DNA of 64,000 nucleotides from Trichoplax sp. H2 (Eukaryota): NCBI GenBank assembly GCA_003344405.1, contig NOWV01000032.1, positions 248,001 to 312,000 of the forward strand, read 5' to 3'. Shown piece by piece: positions 56,217 to 64,000 of this stretch (position 1 is its first letter; each line of letters starts with the position of its first letter). The notes under the pieces were generated by a model. It saw only the letters and a program-made list of their open reading frames with translations, ran no database searches and was not told where the DNA came from. The position numbers and the translations under genes were made by a program.

Positions 56217-58190
56217 ATTATATCAACGAAAATCTTTCCAAGCTACCGCGTCCCATTTTGCAGCATCTATATAAAATTAATGGTCATATAATCTACTTAT
56301 CGCTAGTTAAACCTTGTCTAACTGATCCTTTCATCGTTGACAAGAAAACTGAATGGTCTATATAGTGATGATATCTTACACTTATATTTAACGTATCACT
56401 GCACCTATCGTAATTAATCTAGCTTTCTAATTCATTTCCCTTGAGATTATTAATTTACTTAGTATGTTAGCTCTGTAACAATAAGTTGTTTAACTCATGA
56501 TCAACACTTGAATTATTACAACAATTCGATAGTTTCCATTTAATAATGAATCATTCAATAAAAAAGCAAGGTAGTCAACTCTTATCTCAAAGGCTAAATT
56601 TTTCGAATAAATTTATCGTGGCATAACTCGCTCTACGTAAAACACTTGTATTTCAGACACTAAAATTTGGTCTGATCAAGGCCATGAAATAATAACACCA
56701 TAACATCAATCAAATGTACTGTTCAATGACTTTTTACAGCCATTCTAACTACACTATAAATGTAAGGATAAAGTATGTAAAGTTAGCAAAAGTCATCACC
56801 AAAATTTATTTATTTTAACAATCTTCGACTCATTCTCAACGATGTAATATTATAACACGAAACTTTCTTGTAATTAACTGAGAATATAGTATTGAATACA
56901 GTTCATTCAATAAAGGACTTGATCGATCTGACAATGACTAGTAAGCAATCATGTAATACTTCAATTAATATACTATAATTAGCGACGTTAGGAGCCTTAT
57001 TTGCGATTAAATTTTGTACTATAAATTTTATCGTGAAATATCTATACAACATCAACAGTATGTGAATTACTTCCATTCACTCAGAAGTGAATTAAAAATA
57101 CAATAGGGCAAGAGCGTAAAGTATTTCAGAAAAGGAGTTCTTATTACCGCCTCATTCAGTCATTGAACGAATCTAAGGTTATGAACTAAATAATTACACT
57201 AAAGGAATAAATTAATTGTTATAAATGAGTTTAGAATCTCCGAAGAAGGTTCACCCTTCATGATAATGATGTCTTTAAGGGGCATTTAATAATAGCTTGG
57301 TAAGAAGGCGGCTCGATTTGAGTTTGTTATATTAAGAAGTCTCTTCAATTATCGTCTTATATTATTGTTTTTCACTATTATTATTTTGTTTAATCTTAAA
57401 TTGACGATACACGTCATAACTATACGAAAATAATAGCAGGCGGTATGTTGTACTGACTTCTTTCGTAAAGCTAGTTAGATAATGGAATCTTCGTTTCGTA
57501 AACAATTAATAGAATATCAGTGGTTTAGCTATACGCTCACGTTCGTATGAATAGTTATTATAATTGACAATCACAACCTAAAGGCCATAAATCAATTAAC
57601 TTAATTACCCCGGTGAGATTAATCTTAAAACGTTTCGCGTAACACTTTTTAAGATTTAAAATTAAATAGTTCAAATTACAGTAACTGCAGTTGCTAATTT
57701 TATCGCCGTTTAATTAAGAGATCAATATTATTAATTCTTCATTGGTTTACTATATATAATTTATATGCCAGTCTAAAGTAGGATAAACATGTATCTACAT
57801 GAGCAATGAATTAGCCGGCATTACTTTATTGCGTAAAAATTTGTAAGAGTGGAGTCAGTAGCTCATACCCACCCTACCTGACGGCTCAGTAAGGTGCTAA
57901 AGACAATATCCTTCTTGTCAGAAAGATCTTCTTTTAGGCAGTTGAGATAATAATAATTATGAGCTAAAAGACAAAGCATTGACAAGCATTAAGGCAATCT
58001 AAAGGTCATTGAATGTGCACAGCATTAGATAGCATAGAAATAAAATGGGAATTTGACAATAAGATGATAGAGAATAGTTTACGAGTTATTCACAAGATTG
58101 CCTTAAGCGGTTTATACGTCTATGTTAATTATTCATATCGGCAACTAAGACTCCACCCCTATTATCTCTACGGTTTTTTGTCAATCTAGC

Positions 58191-58200
58191 TATATAAATA
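58191..58200 (+). promoter_or_regulatory. Candidate TATA box of EPDR F
   Basis: TATATAAATA about 120 bp upstream of ATG 58315. Confidence 0.45.
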
Positions 58201-58314
58201 ACCTAAGCGCCCTAAATTAAGGCAATCAAATATTTCACTATATCTCACTCAACGATTTAGCAGTTTTGAGAATTACTCTTAAGTCTTGTTGTTGTTACTG
58301 TATCAAAATACGCC

Positions 58315-59375
58315 ATGATTCGCTATATTTTTGTCGTTGCCATTTTTATCTCTCTAGCTTCATGTTGCTGCTATCCAAACCAATTTCATGCTTATGTTGG
58401 TTACATGTCTAATTATAAATATGGCAATACTGCACAACACACATCATCAGCAATGCAAATATGGTACGACCACTGCAATAATCGAGCCAGATATGATTAT
58501 CCCAAATATAAACTCTCTTACATCTACAACTATCAAATGGTTAGATAACGGATAGAACCTACAAAATCATAACCACTGATAATATTGTATAGTGTATTGA
58601 TTCAAGAGGCGATTCATATTTTCTAGGGAGAATACGTTTATATGCAAAACGGTACTTGCCGTGCTTACACATTACGTGGTAATCTGACCAAATTGTGTAC
58701 TCCAAGTAAGACATATTGTATCACCATTGCCTGTAAAAGTTGAATTATTATAACATGTGCCGTACATTCAAGTAATAAACTGATATTGCTGATTTTAGAG
58801 CATAACTATTAATCTATTATCTTTTTATAATGAACTTGCTAATAGAGGGGTCACATTTGATCAATTTGGGTACCTATAACTTTGGAGCCGGAAAATTGCC
58901 TTTCCATGTCTCTGGCTACTTTAGAAATTATAAAACTGGCAGTTATGGATCAATATATTCTTATTCTACAGATTGTGTACCTCTAGCAAGTGGTGGATAC
59001 TCCAAAAATAAAAGAGGTTATTCAGTCTGGGGAAGTTCTTGGGTAAATATGACGATTGGAATAAGTAATCTAGGTGTTTTTGATAAACCGAAGAATTGCA
59101 AAGGATTTACCCGAGGAATAGTTAACCAGGTTCATATATTCTCGATATTTCAACGTTATAATATCTGTCAGTTTAATTATAAATGTTATTGTATACAATA
59201 ATTTAGCCTACATTACCAACTATTCAATTAATATTATCTTACATTATACAAAATTATTGCATGACAGGAATTGGACTTGATGGATGTCATCAACAGATCT
59301 TTCAAAAAGGATGTTAGTACAGAAAAGGGCGAAAAATTCTCCAATATCATCGAAAATGTTTTCAGTAATATTTAG
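58315..59375 (+). CDS. Ependymin-related secreted protein F; exons 58315-58539, 58627-58705, 58846-59129, 59268-59375
   Basis: Signal, CCYPNQF, WYDHCNNRAR, NGTC..LCTP, YNFGAG, DCVPL and NMTIGISNLGVFDKPKNC; tail ELDLMDVINRSFKK...VFSNI*. Confidence 0.88.
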
Positions 59376-61632
59376 ATGTGACTATATATGTCTCTATTTG
59401 CCAGTCACTATGCGTATTATTCGATAAACGTTATGAAATTTTATAACTTTATCAGTTAATAGCATATGTTAAAAGCAGCGAGTATCTTTAGTATTGATTC
59501 ATCTACATAAATTTTTGGGCTAGATAGTAGATTTTAGGCCTGATTTCTCCTAATTAATAATCGTCTATTTCGTAACTTGCGCATTGAAATTCATCTGCTG
59601 ACTGTTATAACTACCACAGCATTTCAATATTTAAAATGTATCGTACATCCATGACATTCGCTAAATAAAAATTCTGTCATTGTCAACTTGTTTAGCATTG
59701 ATGATGTGGCGTTCAATCTCGCTATAAATCGTTTTAGCGAAAAAGTAAATCGTAAACTTCTCTAATTTATGAGAATTTTCAAATTAATTCAATTCTAGAT
59801 TACCCATTTACTTTATCACATCACAAAGTCATGCTGAAATAGTGCACGAGATGGACTAGTAGGACTAGTATGAAGATCTACAATCGATAGCTACTCGGAA
59901 GTTCAATGCGAATATAAGACTTCATTTATTGGGTTATAAAATAAAGTAATACTTGTACAAAGATAAAGTAAAATCAGACTAAACCTTACATAGTTTAAGA
60001 ATATAATTTATTTAAAGCTGCGCTCAAATAGTGAATTTTCATATTAATTTACTTCGTAATAACCTTATTTCTCTTATAGTCTAATCATGTATTAAATATT
60101 TCATTAAAATATCAATTTAGAATTTCATACTTTTTCGAATTCACAAATAACTATTGTATTATTATATGTACTGTCTTTATCCCAGTCATATCTACACATC
60201 CTGAACGTAAAGTAATTAAATGAAGGAAGTAATCAGTCCCACCGGACATTGGATACCAAAAAATCAATAGACTAAGTGAATTGAAAGAAAGCTATTATTT
60301 TATGTCTTTGTTTTGTGCTTGCCAACAGGTTTGCGTTAACAACTATATTTGCATAATGTCTATTCATTTATTTAATCTCGCATAGAAAAATACTATCTCT
60401 ACAATCTTAAATGAAGCTAGAATGAGTTTTCAGCTTAACGTTCCTACATTTCATCCATTACTAGTTGACAACTATTTTATTTTTTAGCGAAAATGGCATA
60501 AAAATTGTGCTGTACACTACTACTCTACATTATAACTAAATTAATTTAGCTGACGTCAATCATTCTATGATATAATATCATGAATTCAATGTCTACTATT
60601 AACAAAATATAACATCAATGTGCAAGTATAAATAAAAGTAGGGAAAAAGAAGCGTAAAATTCGTTATTGAATAGACTTCATACATCAATCAATAACATGA
60701 GTAGCCGTTATATTCCAGACTTGAAAAAGACTAGTTGAAAATTCACAGCTATTAATATGAATGACTACTCGACGAAATCAATTATTATTATTTCGTGAGT
60801 AATATTAACTATCATTCTGTGAACGTGATATTGTGTATTGTGATCTCATAGTTACTTCCTCTTGGCTACAAAATAAATTCTTTTATTGTCCTATTTCATT
60901 AATTATAATTATGACTTATAAAGCATCCACAATAGTTTTTATTTCAATTAATTTAATGGAAATAGAATATATTTTGCTAGTACAATTTTAGGTAGCAATT
61001 TCTGTTGATATGGAGAACATGACGTTCTATATTATATCTCTTTCTGTTTAAAACACTCTCTAGGAAGAATATCAATTGATTATCCATAAAATAGTGTAAG
61101 AGAATTCAGACAATTTGGAAATACAAACGAGCTTTTAGTCTCCACATAGTTAATATTTTATTACTAAGAGATAAATGTTTTTAAGATTTATTAATAACTG
61201 TCATTTATTAATTGATGTCAATCAAGGCACTTTGACGGTAATCATCTGATTCTCCTCGGAGCAATAAATCATCACACACAATAACTTATTGTGGCGGTAG
61301 CGTACATTAAATTTTTCTGAATTCATTATCTTTAAGATCAGCTAATGCACTACTATTAAAAGCAAGCAATATCTATTCATGTCTAAATCATTTAAATAGT
61401 TCATTAAAAGTTATAATGCGTCAGTATTTTTTACATAAATGACGTATTAGCACAATTGATAGTGGTAACAGTAATTGTTAGTTAACGTACTAAATGGTGC
61501 ATTTAATACACCCAAGTCAATTATGATCATCCTTCAACAACCTGTAGTGAACAATAGATGATCTATTGCCAAGTAACGCCTTTACTAAACCCCGTCAACG
61601 TTGATGGTGAATAATAGAATCAATTTAAAAGA

Positions 61633-61640
61633 TATAAAAG
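61633..61640 (+). promoter_or_regulatory. Candidate TATA box of EPDR G
   Basis: TATAAAAG about 100 bp upstream of ATG 61736. Confidence 0.5.
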
Positions 61641-61735
61641 CCTGATTTTCTAGAGACGAGCAGATTTTTCTTAATCGTTGTGTAATTTTGCTATAGAACG
61701 TGATTTAACGTTAGAGATTTCTGGAAATCGCAAAC

Positions 61736-63085
61736 ATGATGATGCGTCAATTGCTTACTTTAACCGCACTTTTTGCTTTATCGTCGGCTTGTTGCCTTCC
61801 TAGGCAATACTCAGTTTTGCTTGCTAGTGGTACTTTTAATAAATATTCCTCATCGATATCGCAATACGGCGCAATTAATAAGGTTTATTATGACCAGTGC
61901 AATCAAAGAATTCGATACAATAATCCAACAGCGGGATTTTCGTTTATCACTGATTATGGAAGCGTAAGTTTTAAAAACAGGAAATATGTTGTATCTTCAT
62001 AAAATTTCATACGATCTATTCCATATTAGAGTTGATAGAAACCAATTACGAATCGATTTAATTATTAAAAAAGAGATACAGTATCAATAAACTTCAGTTA
62101 TACACAATAATAGACTATGTGGCCATTAAGATCTAAATTTCTGATTCATATTACTGATGGTAGAACGAATATCATTCTATCCGTAATGGCACATGCACTA
62201 CATTTAAATTAAGAGGCAGTCTGAAAAGGACTTGTACACCAAGTAAGTATTAAAGATATCCTTATAAAATTATTCTGTAATTTATATGATAAAGAATTGT
62301 ATAGTATCATCCTTATAATATACTGGTTCTGCACATTCTTACGTAAGTAAGCCAATTTTAATATTAAATGAAGTAAAACCATTCTCAATTAATGCTACTT
62401 CGCTAGGCTCTTTTCACTACATGAAAACACTGAATTTTGGTGCCGGTGCCCTTCCTTTTGATATTTTATCTTACAAGAGATTTGGTTCTACATATAGTTC
62501 TGGTGCTTCCTATTTCATATCGAATCCTGGTTGTATTCCTATTTCCTATTCTGGCTTTTACAAAAGCAAAACCCATAGTTCACTCCACGGCGTAGTTTGG
62601 CTAAATTTCACTATTGGCATCTCTGATTTGAGCGTCTTCAACGCTCCTAAATTTTGTAGAAGTACAAGAACTTTAAAATCAATGGAGGTAATGGATATTT
62701 TATTTTAATATATCTGTAAGCATTAATAAAATGATTCGTACCAAATTCTACTGTACTATTTCAGGTAGTCATATAGCTATGCAGCAATTTAATATTATTT
62801 GTAAATTGCTAGTTCCGATTAAGTATTAAGTATTAATATGATATTTGCTATATTATTCAGAACTTCGATATATGGGATTTCATTGCAAAAGATTTTGGCC
62901 AAGAAACTAAAAATCCAGAAGAAATGTTTAACACCATGCACAAAGAAACTGAACAGGAAGAACGCAAGCCTGAAAATAAAGTAGAAATCAAACCAGAACG
63001 GAACGATGACTTTGATGGTAAGAAATTCCTTCGCGAAAATTTTGGTTTGGGAGACTTCGATTTTGAGGATAGCGACGACGAATGA
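61736..63085 (+). CDS. Ependymin-related secreted protein G with an acidic tail; exons 61736-61963, 62164-62242, 62407-62687, 62861-63085
   Basis: Signal, CCLPRQY, YYDQCNQRIR, NGTC..TCTP, LNFGAG, GCIPI and NFTIGISDLSVFNAPKFC; 74-aa tail NFDIWDFIAK...DFDFEDSDDE*. Confidence 0.88.
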
Positions 63086-64000
63086 ACATCGTGCCAGTGG
63101 AAAGCTCGATTTTGATTTAAATTAAGAGTAGAAAATAGTACGTTGCTAAAATTACACTGCTATATGGTGAATTTTACTTTAAGATTTCATTCCGTTTTCG
63201 ATGGTTTAATTACTGGTCTATACCAAATAATCACCTAGTCATAGCGTATATACTCGTAATAATAGGAAAGTTTAATTATCTAATCTAGTCTCTATGTTAA
63301 TCATTTCATGTCTGTTAATACTATATGATACTACATTAACTATATCAGGCTAGTAATTAAAGTATTCCAATCATTAAACTTCATCAATAAAGCAGATATT
63401 TTTAAAAGCGTGAAATTTTACTTTGGACTAATTACCTTCCAGTTAGTTCAACTGATACAATGTTATTGCTCTAGCTTCATTCCTGAGTAATCATAATGAA
63501 CTTCGGAAATAGATATATATATACCCACATATTAAGGTTTATTAACTCACAAATTTAGTGATGCATGACACCATCTGAACAATAGAAGTAAATAATTGAT
63601 TGCAAGTGTTGGATCTAAAAATTTTCAGCAAAATATCACACCCTATAGTCTTAGCAGATCCTTGGGGATTACAATATCATTTATTTTTTTTCTTTTATAA
63701 AGTAGGGTTAAATGCGCAAAGAGTGGAAACAGTAGCAATAATTCATACATAGGTCAATAGAATTTTATTTCTTCAATTGAACTGCTGGCCGTCTTAGCGC
63801 CTTAATACAGACGCATAGCATGGTAGCTATAGGATAGAGACGAATCAAATATAGTGCAAAAGAATTACAAAAGCATAGTACTTTATTTCAATTGAACTAA
63901 TAGAAAAATTTACGCCGTACAAAATAAATTTTCCGTAGTACTTTACTAAATAAATACCTTCACGAAATAATTACCAGTGAATTACAGTAGAATGTACTCG

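Noticed and set aside
46200..61600. Additional EPDR pseudogenes or knottin paralogs in the long spacers (46.2-49.3, 51.2-54.0, 56.3-58.2, 59.4-61.6 kb)
   Set aside because: No recognisable motif-bearing exons by eye; a tBLASTn with the eight proteins would be needed to exclude decayed fragments.
1..64000. tRNA/rRNA genes, transposase or reverse-transcriptase ORFs, prokaryotic operons or defence systems
   Set aside because: None was recognisable; all identified coding sequence is intron-containing eukaryotic gene sequence.

Overview
AT-rich eukaryotic (animal) genomic DNA with compact genes and short GT-AG introns. Gene density, intron size and abundant TACAG/CTGTA pentamer tracts suggest a placozoan (Trichoplax-like) genome; this is an inference. 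The first half (1-33.2 kb) holds seven conserved spliced genes: MEIG1 (-), METTL26 (+), a QRICH2/C16orf96-like coiled-coil gene (-), MLST8 (+), an unidentified coiled-coil gene (-, weakly CCDC154/FAM81-like), NUDT1/MTH1 (+) and ABTB1 (+). A 20-N assembly gap flanked by two haplotype-like copies lies at 28.3-29.6 kb. The second half (33.8-63.1 kb) is a tandem array of seven secreted ependymin-related (EPDR) genes. All seven share a 4-exon layout (intron phases 0,1,0), but each has a different exon-4 C-terminal tail. A toxin-like precursor gene (signal peptide + acidic propeptide + C-C-CC-C-C inhibitor-cystine-knot domain) sits inside the array on the opposite strand. The knottin gene and the EPDR variable-tail module, whose charge is often opposite to its own core, are the most interesting signals. 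Exon structures and charge counts were worked out by hand; no database searches were run.
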